Below, one piece after another: positions 28,949-39,572 of a stretch of DNA of 64,000 nucleotides. The position numbers were made by a program, and so were the translations under genes. Positions within the stretch are counted from its first letter, which is position 1. Each line of letters opens with the position of its first letter. The stretch lies in the IMG/VR virus record IMGVR_UViG_2684623068_000003, one strand, 5' to 3'. Under the pieces are notes generated by a model. That model was not told where the DNA came from. It saw nothing but the letters and a program-made list of their open reading frames with translations, and ran no database searches. Source of the DNA: an uncultured virus (IMG/VR IMGVR_UViG_2684623068_000003) (lineage: Duplodnaviria; Heunggongvirae; Uroviricota; Caudoviricetes).

Positions 28949-29467
28949 ATGGCTTTACCGCGCAAATTGAAATACCTCAACCTGTTTAACGACGGATTGA
29001 GCTACATGGGTGTCGTCAGCTCGGTGACGTTACCCAAACTAACCCGCAAGCTGGAGAACTATCGCGGCGGTGGGATGAACGGCTCGGCGGCGGTGGATTT
29101 GGGGCTCGATGACGACGCGCTGTCCGTGGAGTGGACTATCGGCGGTTTTCCTGATGATGACCTCTGGAGTCAGTACGCCGTGCCGGGTGCCTCTGATGTG
29201 CCGCTGCGCTTTTCGGGCTCTTACCAGCGTGACGACACCGGCGATATTAGCGGTGTGGAAATCGTATTGCGTGGCCGCCACAAAGAAATCGACAGCGGTG
29301 ACAACAAGCAAGGTGAGAACACCGAGACCAAAATCTCGACCCAATGCACCTACTACAAATTGATGGTAGACGGCAAAGAACTCATCGAGATTGACGTCGT
29401 TAACATGATTGAGAAGGTCAACGGCGTTGACCGTTTAGCGCAGCACCGTAAAAACCTCGGTCTGTAA
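28949..29467 (+). CDS. FII: Tail tube FII
   Basis: MALPRKLKYLNLFNDG..YRGGGM. Confidence 0.96.
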   Translation: MALPRKLKYLNLFNDGLSYMGVVSSVTLPKLTRKLENYRGGGMNGSAAVDLGLDDDALSVEWTIGGFPDDDLWSQYAVPGASDVPLRFSGSYQRDDTGDISGVEIVLRGRHKEIDSGDNKQGENTETKISTQCTYYKLMVDGKELIEIDVVNMIEKVNGVDRLAQHRKNLGL

Positions 29468-29526
29468 TCTGATGGCCGGTCAGGTGCAACACTGGCCGGT
29501 TAACCCCTATTTTAAAGAGAACGATT

Positions 29527-30002
29527 ATGAAAGATAAAAACACCCCGGAGCACGTCACCCCTGAAAATGACAATCTGGTGACGCTGGAAAACCCGATTAA
29601 GCGTGGCGATCTGCTTATCGAGCAAGTGACCCTCATCAAACCCAACGCGGGAACCCTGCGCGGCGTGAGCCTTGCGGCGGTGGCAAATTCTGACGTGGAC
29701 GCGCTGATTAAGGTACTGCCGCGCATGACCTACCCACCATTGCTGGAGAGCGATGTGGTCAAGTTGGAGCTGCCCGATATGATTGCGCTCGCCGGTAAGG
29801 TGATCGGTTTTTTGTCGCCGAATTCGGCTCAATAGACTTTCCCGCCGACTTATCGGTCGATGACCTGATGGCGGATATCGCAGTGATATTTCACTGGCCG
29901 CCCTCAGAACTTAACCCCATGAGCCTGACCGAGCTCGCCCTCTGGCGCGACAAAGCGCTGCAACGAAGCGCTACACCAAACGGACGTACTGATGAGCAAT
30001 AA
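29527..30002 (+). CDS. E: Tail assembly chaperone gpE (29527-29835) and -1 frameshift product gpE+E'
   Basis: KPNAGTLRGVSL; slippery TTTTTTG at 29808-29814; -1 frame encodes MADIAVIFHWPPSEL. Confidence 0.92.
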
Positions 30003-32436
30003 CCTAAAATTGCAGGTGCTTCTCAACGCCGTTGACCGAGCGAGCCGCCCGTTTAAAGCGATCCAGACCACGAGCAAGTCGCTGTCTGGTGATATTCGCA
30101 ACACACAGAAAACCCTCAAAGAGCTGAACGCCCAAGCGGGACGCGTTGAGGGCTTTCGCAAAACGAGCGGCCAGCTCGCCGTCACCGGCCAAGCATTGAA
30201 GAAAGCCAAGCAAGAAGCCGCCGAGCTGGCTATCCAGTTCAAAGCAACAGAAAAGCCGACACGCGCACAGGCGCAGGTCATGGAGTCAGCCAAGCGCGCC
30301 GCCTCTGAGCTCCAGCTTAAATACAATGGCCTACGCCAATCCGTGCAGCGCCAGCGCCAAGAGCTACAGCAAGCGGGTATCAATACGCGCACGTTATCCA
30401 ACGATGAGCGCCGCTTAAAAACCTCGGTCAATGAAGCGACCGCCAGCCTCAATCGCCAGCGCGAAGCCCTCGCACGTAACAGCCAGCAACAAGCCAAGCT
30501 CAGCCGGATTAATCAGCGCTATCAGAGCGGTAAAGCGCTCGCCGGTAATCTGGCCGGAGCCGGTGCCGCTGGTGTGGGTATGGCGACGGCGGGCATTGTG
30601 GCCGGTGCTGCCGTATTAAAGCCCGGTTATGACTTTGCACATAAAAACTCGGAGTTACAGGCCGTGCTCGGTCTAGATAAATCGAGCGCGGATATGTTGG
30701 CGCTACGGGGACAGGCGCGCCAGCTCGGCGACACTACTGCCGCCTCAGCCGATGACGCTGGCGCCGCGCAAATCATCATCGCCAAGTCGGGTGCGGATAA
30801 AGACGGCATTCTCGCCGCCACACCGACCACGCTTAACATGTCACTGGCGAACCGCCGCAGTATGGAAGAAAACGCCGCGTTGTTGATGGGTGTCAAATCA
30901 GCCTTTGGGCTGGCTAACGACAAGGTGGCGCACATCGGGGATGTTATCTCCTCCACAATGAATAAAAGCGCCGCCGACTTTGAGGGGCTCAGCGACACAC
31001 TGACCTACGCCGCGCCGGTAGCTAAAAACGCTGGTATCAGCGTCGAGGAAACTGCCGCCATGGCCGGTGCGCTGGCTGACGCCAAAATCACCGGCTCGAT
31101 GGCGGGGACGGGAAGCCGCGCAGTCATCACGCGACTGCAAGCGCCGACCGGCAAAGCCTATGACGCCCTCGGCGAGCTCGGCGTCAAAACAGCCGACCGC
31201 AAAGGCAACATGCGCCCGCTGTTCTCCATCCTCAAAGAGATGCAGAAAAGCTTTAATAAAAATAACCTCGGCACCTCGCATCGCGCCGAGTATATGAAAA
31301 CCATTTTTGGCGAGGAGGCCAGCTCGGCGGCGGCGGTGCTAATGGCCGCCGCCTCATCGGGTAAGCTCGATAACCTCACCAAAATGCTACAAACCTCGGA
31401 CGGCAAAACCGAGGAACTGGTCAAGGTGATGCAGGACAACCTCGGCGGGGATTTTAAAGAATTCCAATCAGCCTATGAGGCCGTGGGGATCGACCTGTTT
31501 GACCAACAGGAGGGCGCGCTACGCTCTCTTACCCAAACCGCCACAAAATACGTGCTTAAGCTCGACCAGTGGATTCAGAAAAACAAAGGCCTGTCCCAAA
31601 CCCTCCTCAAAATTGCCGGTGGTGCGGTTGCTATCATTGGCGTTCTTGGCGCGATAGGTCTGGTGGCGTGGCCGGTGGTGATGGGGATTAATGCGATCAT
31701 TGCCGGAGCCAGTTTGCTCGGCACCGTCTTTGCCGCCGTCGGTAGCGGTATTTTAACGGTGCTCGGGGCGCTAACGTGGCCGCTGGTTGGTATTGGGGCG
31801 GCTATTGTCGCCGGTGCTCTGCTCATCCGTAAATATTGGGAGCCTATCAGCGCCTTTTTTAGCGGCGTGGTTGAAGGGCTAAAGGCCGCGTTTGCGCCGG
31901 TGTCTGAGATGTTTGCGCCGTTAATGCCGGTGTTTGATTTATTAGGGCAAAAGCTCCAAGCCGCTTGGAAGTGGTTCGGGGATTTGATTGCGCCGGTGAC
32001 ATCGACGAAAGAAAGCCTCGATAGCTGCAAAAATGCTGGTGTGGAATTTGGTCAGGCGCTGGCGAGTGTGCTGACGGCACCGCTCAATCTATTTAACGCG
32101 ATAGGCGGCAAAGTCGATTGGTTGTTAGAAAAAATGGGCTTAATGAAAAAAGAGTCTGCCGATATCGATGCCACGGCTAACAAGGTTAGTCAATACGCCA
32201 CCGGCGCGAACGGTCGAGGCTATTCGCCCTCGGGCGGGATACTCACCGGAGGCTATGCCCCCGTGAAAGCGGGCGGCGCAAGCTATACCGACCAAAGTCA
32301 AAACGCCTACCAGCTCGATATCCATATTCCTCCTGGTCAAAACCGTGAGGATGCCAAAAACATGATCCGCGAGGTACTGGAAGAGAAAGAACGCCAACGC
32401 CGCGCCGCAGCTCGTTCGCGCATGAACACCGACTAA
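29992..32436 (+). CDS. T: Tape measure protein gpT
   Basis: 814 aa; LQVLLNAVDRASRPF..MQDNLGGDFK. Confidence 0.95.
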   Translation: MSNNLKLQVLLNAVDRASRPFKAIQTTSKSLSGDIRNTQKTLKELNAQAGRVEGFRKTSGQLAVTGQALKKAKQEAAELAIQFKATEKPTRAQAQVMESAKRAASELQLKYNGLRQSVQRQRQELQQAGINTRTLSNDERRLKTSVNEATASLNRQREALARNSQQQAKLSRINQRYQSGKALAGNLAGAGAAGVGMATAGIVAGAAVLKPGYDFAHKNSELQAVLGLDKSSADMLALRGQARQLGDTTAASADDAGAAQIIIAKSGADKDGILAATPTTLNMSLANRRSMEENAALLMGVKSAFGLANDKVAHIGDVISSTMNKSAADFEGLSDTLTYAAPVAKNAGISVEETAAMAGALADAKITGSMAGTGSRAVITRLQAPTGKAYDALGELGVKTADRKGNMRPLFSILKEMQKSFNKNNLGTSHRAEYMKTIFGEEASSAAAVLMAAASSGKLDNLTKMLQTSDGKTEELVKVMQDNLGGDFKEFQSAYEAVGIDLFDQQEGALRSLTQTATKYVLKLDQWIQKNKGLSQTLLKIAGGAVAIIGVLGAIGLVAWPVVMGINAIIAGASLLGTVFAAVGSGILTVLGALTWPLVGIGAAIVAGALLIRKYWEPISAFFSGVVEGLKAAFAPVSEMFAPLMPVFDLLGQKLQAAWKWFGDLIAPVTSTKESLDSCKNAGVEFGQALASVLTAPLNLFNAIGGKVDWLLEKMGLMKKESADIDATANKVSQYATGANGRGYSPSGGILTGGYAPVKAGGASYTDQSQNAYQLDIHIPPGQNREDAKNMIREVLEEKERQRRAAARSRMNTD

Positions 32437-32448
32437 GGAGCCGATACC

Positions 32449-32934
32449 ATGATGCTTACCCTTGGGCTGTTTGTTTTTCAGCTCCAGACATTACCCTACC
32501 AATCGTTACAGCAAAGCCTCGATTATCGCTGGCCGTCAAACAGCCGGGTAGGACAACGCCCCACCTACCAGTTTTTAGGCGCTGGCGAGGATAAGGTCAC
32601 TTTGTCGGGTGTACTACTGCCCGAAATCACCGGCGGCGCGTTATCTCTGCTTACGCTCAAAACCATGGCTGAGCAGGGTAAGGCGTGGCCGCTGATTGGC
32701 GGTGATGGTGCCATCTACGGCATGTACGTTGTCACCAGCATGACGCAGACTCAAAGCGTCTTTTTTGCCGATGGCAGTGCTCGGCGCATTGAATTTAGCA
32801 TGACCCTAACCCGCGTCGATGAATCGCTCGGGGCGATGTTTGGCGACCTGCAACAACAGGCCAACGACTTAGCCGGTCAGGCGGGTGAGATGGCGCAGAA
32901 AGCGCAGGATATGGCCGGAGGGTTATTTTCATGA
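32449..32934 (+). CDS. U: Tail protein gpU
   Basis: MMLTLGLFVF..SNSRVGQRP. Confidence 0.95.
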   Translation: MMLTLGLFVFQLQTLPYQSLQQSLDYRWPSNSRVGQRPTYQFLGAGEDKVTLSGVLLPEITGGALSLLTLKTMAEQGKAWPLIGGDGAIYGMYVVTSMTQTQSVFFADGSARRIEFSMTLTRVDESLGAMFGDLQQQANDLAGQAGEMAQKAQDMAGGLFS

Positions 32935-34087
32935 TCACCAGTATGTCAATCGCCTCCGGTGCTGATATTACGCCCGCGTTTATGCTCACCCTTGGCGGGG
33001 ATGATATTACCGACAACCTTAGCAACCGCCTGTTGTCACTGACGATGACCGATAATCGCGGTTTTGAGGCTGACCAGCTTGATATCGAGCTCGATGACGG
33101 CGACGGGCAACTCGCTATGCCCGCTCGCGGCGCGGTGCTGTCGTTGTTTCTCGGCTGGAAAGGTTCGGCGCTAATTGGTAAAGGTCAGTTTACCGTTGAT
33201 GAAATCGAGCATCGAGGCGCGCCGGACACGCTGACCATTCGCGCCCGTAGCGCTGATTTTCGCGGGTCACTTAATTCCCGCCGTGAGGTGTCTTACCACG
33301 ACACCACCCTCGGCGCAGTCGTGAAACAAATAGCCGAGCGCAACCAGCTCGATGCGTTGCTGGCGAAAGGCTTTGCTGAAATTGCGATCCCCCACATCGA
33401 CCAATCTCAGGAGAGCGATATTAAATTTCTCACCCGTCTGGCCGAGCGCAACGGTGCCGAGGTATCGGTCAAAGCGGGCAAGCTGTTATTTCTCAAAGCG
33501 GGGAACGGCGTGACGGCCAGCGGGAAAGCTATCCCGATGATGACCATCGAGCGCAGCGACGGCGACCGCCACCAGTTTGCGATCGCCGACCGCAACGCCT
33601 ACACCGGTGTCACTGCTAGCTGGTTGCATACAAAAGACCCGAAGCCGAAAAAGCAAAAGGTAAAGCTACAACGAAAGGCTAAGCCTAAGCACCTGCGTGC
33701 CTTGCAACACCCCAAAGCCAAACCGCTCAAGGCGAGCCCTAAAACGGCCAAACCACAAGAAGAAAAACAGGGTGAGTATTTGGCCGGAGAGTCCGATAAC
33801 GTGCTGGCGCTGACGACAACCTACTCGACCAAAGCGCAGGCGATGCGCGCCGCACAAGCCAAGTGGGACAAACTGCAACGCGGCGTGGCGAGTTTTCAAT
33901 CAATCTCGCCATGGGGCGTGCTGATTTATATCCAGAAATGCCGGTAACGGTGAAAGGGTTTAAGGCCGTCATAGACCAACAGGCATGGACAATCACTAAA
34001 GTGACCCACACGCTCGGTGATGGCGGCTATACGACGGCGCTAGAGCTTGAGGTTAAACTGTCTTATGTGGAGTATGAGGAGGTTTAA
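32931..34087 (+). pseudogene. D: Tail protein gpD with apparent 1-bp deletion at ~33890
   Basis: GTGGCGAGTTTT versus GTAGCGGAGTTTT in the prophage 2 copy; C-terminus EFSINLAMGRADLYPE is in another frame. Confidence 0.85.
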
Positions 34088-34158
34088 ATATAAATTCGAT
34101 TTTTCAAATTAAATGTTAAAATGCAACCTCGCTGAACTGATATTACAGGGGGATCACT

Positions 34159-34377
34159 ATGATGCACTGCCCTATTTGCCGCCATGCTGCACACGCCCGC
34201 TCAAGTCGTTATCTGAGCGAAAATACGAAAGAGCGCTATCACCAATGCCAAAACATTAATTGCAGTTGTACCTTTGTAACGATGGAATCAGTGGAGCGTT
34301 ACATCATGACGCCCGGCAAGATAACGCCGGTAGCCCCCCACCCTACTCGCGATCAGCAAGTTCAGATGTGGATATAG
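34159..34377 (+). CDS. ogr: Late activator Ogr
   Basis: CPICRHAAHARSSRY..RYHQCQNINCSCTF. Confidence 0.96.
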   Translation: MMHCPICRHAAHARSSRYLSENTKERYHQCQNINCSCTFVTMESVERYIMTPGKITPVAPHPTRDQQVQMWI

Positions 34378-34406
34378 GAAAAGGCCTGCAATGCAGGCCT
34401 TTTCCT
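34376..34406. terminator. Terminator after ogr
   Basis: AGGAAAAGGCCTGCA-A-TGCAGGCCTTTTCCT inverted repeat. Confidence 0.85.
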
Positions 34407-34430
34407 TATCAGCCGATCACCAATTTCCCT

Positions 34431-34448
34431 GCCGCCACCCTGTCGCCA
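34431..34448. promoter_or_regulatory. Probable integrase arm-type sites near attR of prophage 1
   Basis: GCCGCCA-CCCT-GTCGCCA followed by IHF-like TCTCAACACATTG. Confidence 0.65.
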
Positions 34449-35250
34449 AATCTTACAATCAACAATCTCAACACATTGTTTTTATTTAATTAATTTTCAT
34501 TAGATTAGTATCAGGTCTCTTTTTATATAGAGTAAGAGGCGTTAATCCAGCTGTTTTGGATATGCATGTACAGTAGGCATTTAGAGCAATATATAAGTTT
34601 TGCTTGCTAAAATGTATTGGTGACAGGTGCGACTTTCACCGAAAAAATTGACAACAACAAAAGCATATATAAACAAAAAAGACATATTTCCTGAGATGAT
34701 TTTTACACAGGAGTATCATTTATTATCGCAGCTCTTAATATATGTCAATTTCAACACCACCTATATTTCCACATAGATTGAATATAAACATTAGAATTAA
34801 CAAATATAATCGGATGTTTTAAATCCAATCTAAAAGCACATCCTCTGCTCTTCATATATCCCGACGAATGATCATTACGCTGCGTGACAATAACCAAACT
34901 GCACTGCAGGAAAATATTGATTCATCTGCGTTATTATTTTCGAGTTTTCGCTAAGTTTCCATTCATCTACAAAAACTAATCTAGTTGGATTATTGCCCTT
35001 ATTGTATTAGGATTGAGCGAAATTAATGTAGGGGCTTGAAAGTTGCATTAATTTTCACCTAAATTAAAACTTCAGTTTCAATTATTTAGTTTAAACACGT
35101 GACTATTGTTGCAATTTATTGCGCTATATAGTTGAATGCACATCGCATTTAGTGGCTGCGATATATCAGACTTTATGTATTTCTATTATTTTACTTATAA
35201 AACAATTGCGAGTGTAAATTAAACATTCGTTGATACGTCAGGGATAAAAA

Positions 35251-36414
35251 ATGATTAAACATCATGTGGCGAAAAAAATTGTATTAGCAGTGGCATTGGG
35301 TTGTGCTTCTTTCTCCTCGCTCGCAGAAATCACGCTGTTAGAGCAAGATCCGCAGGCTGGCGATCCACTTAGCCGCTTGAAGTTTCAGGTTGGGGGTAGT
35401 ATTCGTCCACAGTTCATTGATGAAATGGGCAACAGCGATAAAGGCTCTTATAAACGCAACGGTTATGACGGCGGAACGCGTTTTCGTTTCTCTGCTGATT
35501 ATTACCTGTTCGATGATGTTAGCCTGATTGGTTACTACGAATTAGGTGTGAATGTCCCAGCGCTGTTTAACTGGGATAATCACTATGCAGATGGCGCAGC
35601 AAACACCGATCGCCGTATGCTGTTCGGAGGTTTGAAAAGTGCAACGTGGGGTACTCTAACCTACGGTAAGCAAAATAGTATCTACTACACCGTTGTTGGC
35701 GCGAAAACGGATATCTGGGACTTCGATATGCAGGCTCAGGCTCCAGGTAACGGTTATAACGGCAACTATGATGGCTCATACCGCAGCTACAATCTGGTCC
35801 AATATAAAAATACCTTTGGCCCCGTTGATCTGTATGTGGGCGGTGTTTTACATGATGACTCCCACCCTGCTGGCGTAAATAACGGCAACCCACTGCGTTA
35901 TCAACGTAAAGGCGGCGGTGCATTGGGTGTGGATTACCACATCACCGATGAGCTAACTTGGGGTACTGCGTACAGCTATATCCAACAAAGCATCAAACAA
36001 AATAACGGTGCAGATAGTGGCAAAAATGATAATGGCCAACAGTTGCTGGGTTCTGGTTTAAGCTGGAAGCCTGACAATTGGACTCTGGCAGCATCTGCCG
36101 GTTGGTATCGTAATTTCTTAATGACCGGTGTTAAAAACCGTCATGATTACTTTGCTGGAAATGGCTACGGCGTTGAATATTATGCGGGTTATACTTTCCC
36201 TATCAGCCAATATCTGGTGAAAAATATTACACCTTATTATGCTGGTGACCGCCTGAAATTTAACACTGGTCGTGATTATCAGAGCAACCATCAGACGCTG
36301 GGTATTTCCACCAAGTTTGATTATGGCTTCCAGATCGACGTCGAACATGTATTCACAAATACCACAGACAATAAAAGTGACCTGAATCTAGTTCGCCTGC
36401 GTTACGACTTCTAA
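35251..36414 (+). CDS. Outer-membrane porin (Gram-negative porin family)
   Basis: Signal peptide, beta-strand pattern, WGTLTYGKQ, C-terminal LRYDF. Confidence 0.85.
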   Translation: MIKHHVAKKIVLAVALGCASFSSLAEITLLEQDPQAGDPLSRLKFQVGGSIRPQFIDEMGNSDKGSYKRNGYDGGTRFRFSADYYLFDDVSLIGYYELGVNVPALFNWDNHYADGAANTDRRMLFGGLKSATWGTLTYGKQNSIYYTVVGAKTDIWDFDMQAQAPGNGYNGNYDGSYRSYNLVQYKNTFGPVDLYVGGVLHDDSHPAGVNNGNPLRYQRKGGGALGVDYHITDELTWGTAYSYIQQSIKQNNGADSGKNDNGQQLLGSGLSWKPDNWTLAASAGWYRNFLMTGVKNRHDYFAGNGYGVEYYAGYTFPISQYLVKNITPYYAGDRLKFNTGRDYQSNHQTLGISTKFDYGFQIDVEHVFTNTTDNKSDLNLVRLRYDF

Positions 36415-36436
36415 GTTAAATCAATTTAATTACTCA

Positions 36437-36466
36437 AGCACCTAAACCCTATTTAGGTGCTTTTTT
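36437..36466. terminator. Terminator after porin
   Basis: AAGCACCTAAA-CCCTA-TTTAGGTGCTT then T run. Confidence 0.8.
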
Positions 36467-36487
36467 AAACAAAATCCTAATCTAATC

Positions 36488-36955
36488 TCACATCTTATCA
36501 AGATTATTTGCCGCGTTATTAAACGCCTTCGCTAGAGAGGCATCAGTCCCTTTCAACGTAATTGAATTCATATAAGCCAGCCATTTTGTATGTAGATCAT
36601 TAAGCGCAGCTAACTGGGCAGAATCTGCCGTCACGCTTTGGACCCGGCTAACCTGAGGCTGTACGATATCTATGGATGCTTGACGTATTTCACTGCTACA
36701 GGACTCAATTTTCGCTTTCTCAATGGAATCTGTAGTTTGCTGTGCCCACTGTGCCGCCACGACATTTTTACGTTCCGCATCGACACCCAGCTTGCGCATG
36801 TTCACTAGCAGATCTGACGTAGACTCGATTATAGGATAGTGACTTGCCGCTGGGATATCGCAGGAGAAATAGCTCTTAAATGGCGATTGCCCCTCGCTGC
36901 TTGCACACCCTGCCAATAATAGCGAACTCAAACATAGGGTAAGAATCTTTTTCAT
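36488..36955 (-). CDS. Hypothetical lipoprotein
   Basis: MKKILTLCLSSLLLAGC lipobox; GAGGT SD. Confidence 0.85.
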   Translation of the reverse strand: MKKILTLCLSSLLLAGCASSEGQSPFKSYFSCDIPAASHYPIIESTSDLLVNMRKLGVDAERKNVVAAQWAQQTTDSIEKAKIESCSSEIRQASIDIVQPQVSRVQSVTADSAQLAALNDLHTKWLAYMNSITLKGTDASLAKAFNNAANNLDKM

Positions 36956-37108
36956 CCGATAGACCTCGTTATTTTTTGTTGTTCGATAATAGCAAGACAA
37001 CGAGATAACGCATATCGACGAGAGATAAAATGGCATTTCATGGATAACATGTGGCGTAAAAAAAGCCGCATAAGCGGCTTATAAACGCAATACTAACCGA
37101 CAACCCAA

Positions 37109-37546
37109 TTATTTTTGTGGAATAATGAGCATCTGCCCTGGATAGATTTTATCTGGATGCGACAGCATCGGTTTATTGGCTTCAAAAATGCGCATGTAGT
37201 CATTGGCGTTGCCATAATGTGCTTTGGCAATCGCACTCAGTGTATCACCTGCTTTAACCGTATAAAAATGACTCTCAACACCAGATTGCGCAGCCGCAAG
37301 CTGATCGTCTACTTTGCTAATGCCTGCGACGTTACCAATCGCAACCAAGATCTTCTCTTTCAGTTCCTGACTCACTCCCTCGCCTGACACCGTGGCAGTA
37401 CCATCATCAGCAACTTTAACGTCGACCTTATCTGCTCCTGGTAAACCAAGCTTATTGATATGCTCTTTGAGTTTATCATCACGGTTTCCACTCACCGCAT
37501 CCCAAAGCTTTTCTCCCGCATCTTTAACGAAACTTAGCAAACCCAT
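37109..37546 (-). CDS. kbp: BON+LysM potassium-binding protein Kbp (YgaU)
   Basis: [49 protein letters not shown]. Confidence 0.93.
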   Translation of the reverse strand: MGLLSFVKDAGEKLWDAVSGNRDDKLKEHINKLGLPGADKVDVKVADDGTATVSGEGVSQELKEKILVAIGNVAGISKVDDQLAAAQSGVESHFYTVKAGDTLSAIAKAHYGNANDYMRIFEANKPMLSHPDKIYPGQMLIIPQK

Positions 37547-37829
37547 TTAGACCTCCAATAACCTATGCCCAACCCAAATTGGCGAGCACAATTGATATCG
37601 TTGATAAATTTAATCCTATTAAGCTTAGCAGAATATCCAAGATAATCGGTTTTCAGCCGCCATTCGATTTGTCATTTTCACGTGCCAAAATTGTAAAGCG
37701 AATAATTACTTTTAATAACAATGAATTAAAGTCTGAATTCAAACCATTTTCTCAGAGGGTGAACCCGATCACGCTTCACATTAAAGCATCGCGTTATGGT
37801 ACTTAAACCGCAGGTCATGAAGGAGTCAA

Positions 37830-37934
37830 ATGAAGAAGTTGATTTCATTAGTGTTGGTTGTTGCTTCAAGCACAATGTCGGCCACCTCGATGGCTTACCC
37901 GGCGGAAACCCACCCAAATGGCGGGACGGGATAA
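37830..37934 (+). pseudogene. Small secreted-protein ORF, probably degraded
   Basis: AAGGAG SD; MKKLISLVLVVASSTMSATSMA-YPAETHPNGGTG-stop; too short for the ORF track. Confidence 0.5.
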
Positions 37935-37975
37935 CACCTACTGGTGGCTCTATTCCAAACTCAATTTATCTCTAG

Positions 37976-38007
37976 AATCAAGGCCTCATTCGAGGCCTTG
38001 ATTTTTT
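37976..38007. terminator. Hairpin/terminator, candidate att core region of prophage 2
   Basis: AATCAAGGCCTC-ATTC-GAGGCCTTGATT-TTTT, followed by IHF-like TATCAACACACTG (38009-38021). Confidence 0.65.
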
Positions 38008-38046
38008 ATATCAACACACTGAAATAAAAGGATTTATTTCAACCGA

Positions 38047-38065
38047 TGTCCACACATCGACCACA
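38047..38065 (-). promoter_or_regulatory. P2-type Int arm sites
   Basis: Minus strand TGTGGTCG and TGTGGACA at 11-bp period; TGTGGACA is the P2 arm consensus. Confidence 0.7.
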
Positions 38066-38073
38066 CTTCGAAA

Positions 38074-38098
38074 AAAAGCCCCGATATTCGGGGCTTTT
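38074..38098 (-). terminator. Terminator after ogr of prophage 2
   Basis: AAAAGCCCCGA-TAT-TCGGGGCTTTT. Confidence 0.85.
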
Positions 38099-38103
38099 CT
38101 GTT

Positions 38104-38322
38104 TTACATCCAGAGGGTTTGTTGTCCGTTTCGTTCCGGGTGTGGCATCGCTGGGATAACCGTTCCCAGCAGCATGATCGAGCTTTCGAATGTTTCCATT
38201 GTCTTAAACGTATGACCGCAATTTATGTTCTGGCACTGGTGATAACGCTCTTTTGTGTTGTCGGTTATATAGCGACTTGAGCGGGCATGAGCGGCATTTT
38301 TGCATAGTGGACAATGAAACAT
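38104..38322 (-). CDS. ogr: Late activator Ogr
   Basis: MFHCPLCKNAAHARSSRY..CQNINCGHTF. Confidence 0.95.
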   Translation of the reverse strand: MFHCPLCKNAAHARSSRYITDNTKERYHQCQNINCGHTFKTMETFESSIMLLGTVIPAMPHPERNGQQTLWM

Positions 38323-38399
38323 TTTAATCACCTCAATGGCTAGATTTGATACGGCAATTTTAGTGCTTTTATCCTTTTAAAACAATGAATTATGTATAT

Positions 38400-39572
38400 T
38401 TATTCATCTTGTTTTTCTTCCTCATACTCAACGTTAGACAGCTTAACCTCAAGCTCTAGCGCCGTCGTGTAGCCGCCATCGCCGAGGGCGTGGGTCACTT
38501 TAGTGATCGTCCATGCCTGCTGGTCTATGACGGCCTTAAACCCTTTCACCGTCACCGGTGTTTCTGGATATAAATCAGCACGCCCCATGGCGAGATTGAT
38601 AGAAAACTCCGCTACGCCGCGTTGCAGTTTGTCCCACTTGGATTGTGCGGCTCGCATCGCCTGTGCTTTGGTCGAGTAGATTGTCGTTATCGCCAGCACG
38701 TTATCGGACTCACCGGCCAGATACTCGCCCTGTTTTTCTTCCTGTGGCTTGGTCGCCTTGACGGTTGTCTTTTTCGCGGGCTTCGCTTTAGGGTGCTGTA
38801 AGGCGCGCATATGTTTAGGCTTAGCCTTGCGCTGTAGTTTTACCTTTTGCTTTTTCGGTTTCGGGTCTTTGGTATGTAACCAACTTGCCGTCACGCCGGT
38901 GTAAGCATTGCGGTCGGCGATCGCAAATTGGTGGCGGTCGCCGTCGCTGCGTTCAATAGTCATCATCGGGATAGGTTTGCCGCTGGCCGTCACGCCATTC
39001 CCCGCTTTGAGAAATAACAGCTTGCCCGCTTTGACTGACACCTCGGCACCGTTGCGCTCGGCCAGACGGGTGAGAAATTTAATATCGCTCTCCTGAGATT
39101 GGTCGATGTGAGGGATCGCAATTTCAGCAAAGCCTTTCGCCAGTACCGCATCGAGCTGGTTGCGCTCGGCTATTTGTTTCATTACTGCGCCGAGGGTAGT
39201 GTCGTGATAAGACACCTCACGGCGGGAATTAAGTGACCCGCGAAAATCAGCGCTACGAGCACGAATGGTCAGCGTGTCCGGCGCGCCTCGATGCTCGATT
39301 TCATCAACGGTAAACTGACCTTTACCAATTAGCGCCGACCCTTTCCAGCCGAGAAACAACGACAGCACCGCACCGCGAGCGGGCATGGCGAGCTGACCGT
39401 CACTATCATCGAGCTCGATATCAAGCTGGTCAGCTTCAAAGCCGCGATTATCGGTCATCGTCAGTGACAACAGGCGATTGCTGAGGTTGTCGGTAATATC
39501 ATCCCCGCCGAGGGTGAGCATAAACGCGGGCGCAATATCAGCACCGGCGGCGATAGGCATACTGGTCATCAT
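38400..39572 (-). CDS. D: Tail protein gpD (intact)
   Basis: 390 aa; TDNRGFEADQLDIELDD. Confidence 0.95.
   Translation of the reverse strand: MMTSMPIAAGADIAPAFMLTLGGDDITDNLSNRLLSLTMTDNRGFEADQLDIELDDSDGQLAMPARGAVLSLFLGWKGSALIGKGQFTVDEIEHRGAPDTLTIRARSADFRGSLNSRREVSYHDTTLGAVMKQIAERNQLDAVLAKGFAEIAIPHIDQSQESDIKFLTRLAERNGAEVSVKAGKLLFLKAGNGVTASGKPIPMMTIERSDGDRHQFAIADRNAYTGVTASWLHTKDPKPKKQKVKLQRKAKPKHMRALQHPKAKPAKKTTVKATKPQEEKQGEYLAGESDNVLAITTIYSTKAQAMRAAQSKWDKLQRGVAEFSINLAMGRADLYPETPVTVKGFKAVIDQQAWTITKVTHALGDGGYTTALELEVKLSNVEYEEEKQDE

Larger units (their letters stand above)
1..34530 (+). mobile_element. P2/186-like prophage 1 (int to ogr; attL lies just left of the window, right boundary approximate)
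   Basis: Canonical order int-cI-apl-cII-B-A-tum-cos-Q-P-O-N-M-L-X-Y-K-lysB/C-R-S-V-W-J-I-H-G-FI-FII-E-T-U-D-ogr. Confidence 0.97.

Noticed and set aside
11210..33899. Many overlapping or antisense ORFs inside structural genes
   Set aside because: Shadow frames of well-supported GC-rich phage genes; only lysC and E' are known overlaps
34530..35250. sRNA or hidden gene in the long AT-rich region upstream of the porin
   Set aside because: No convincing ORF, promoter spacing or terminator; consistent with a porin regulatory region; the exact att core cannot be fixed because attL is outside the window
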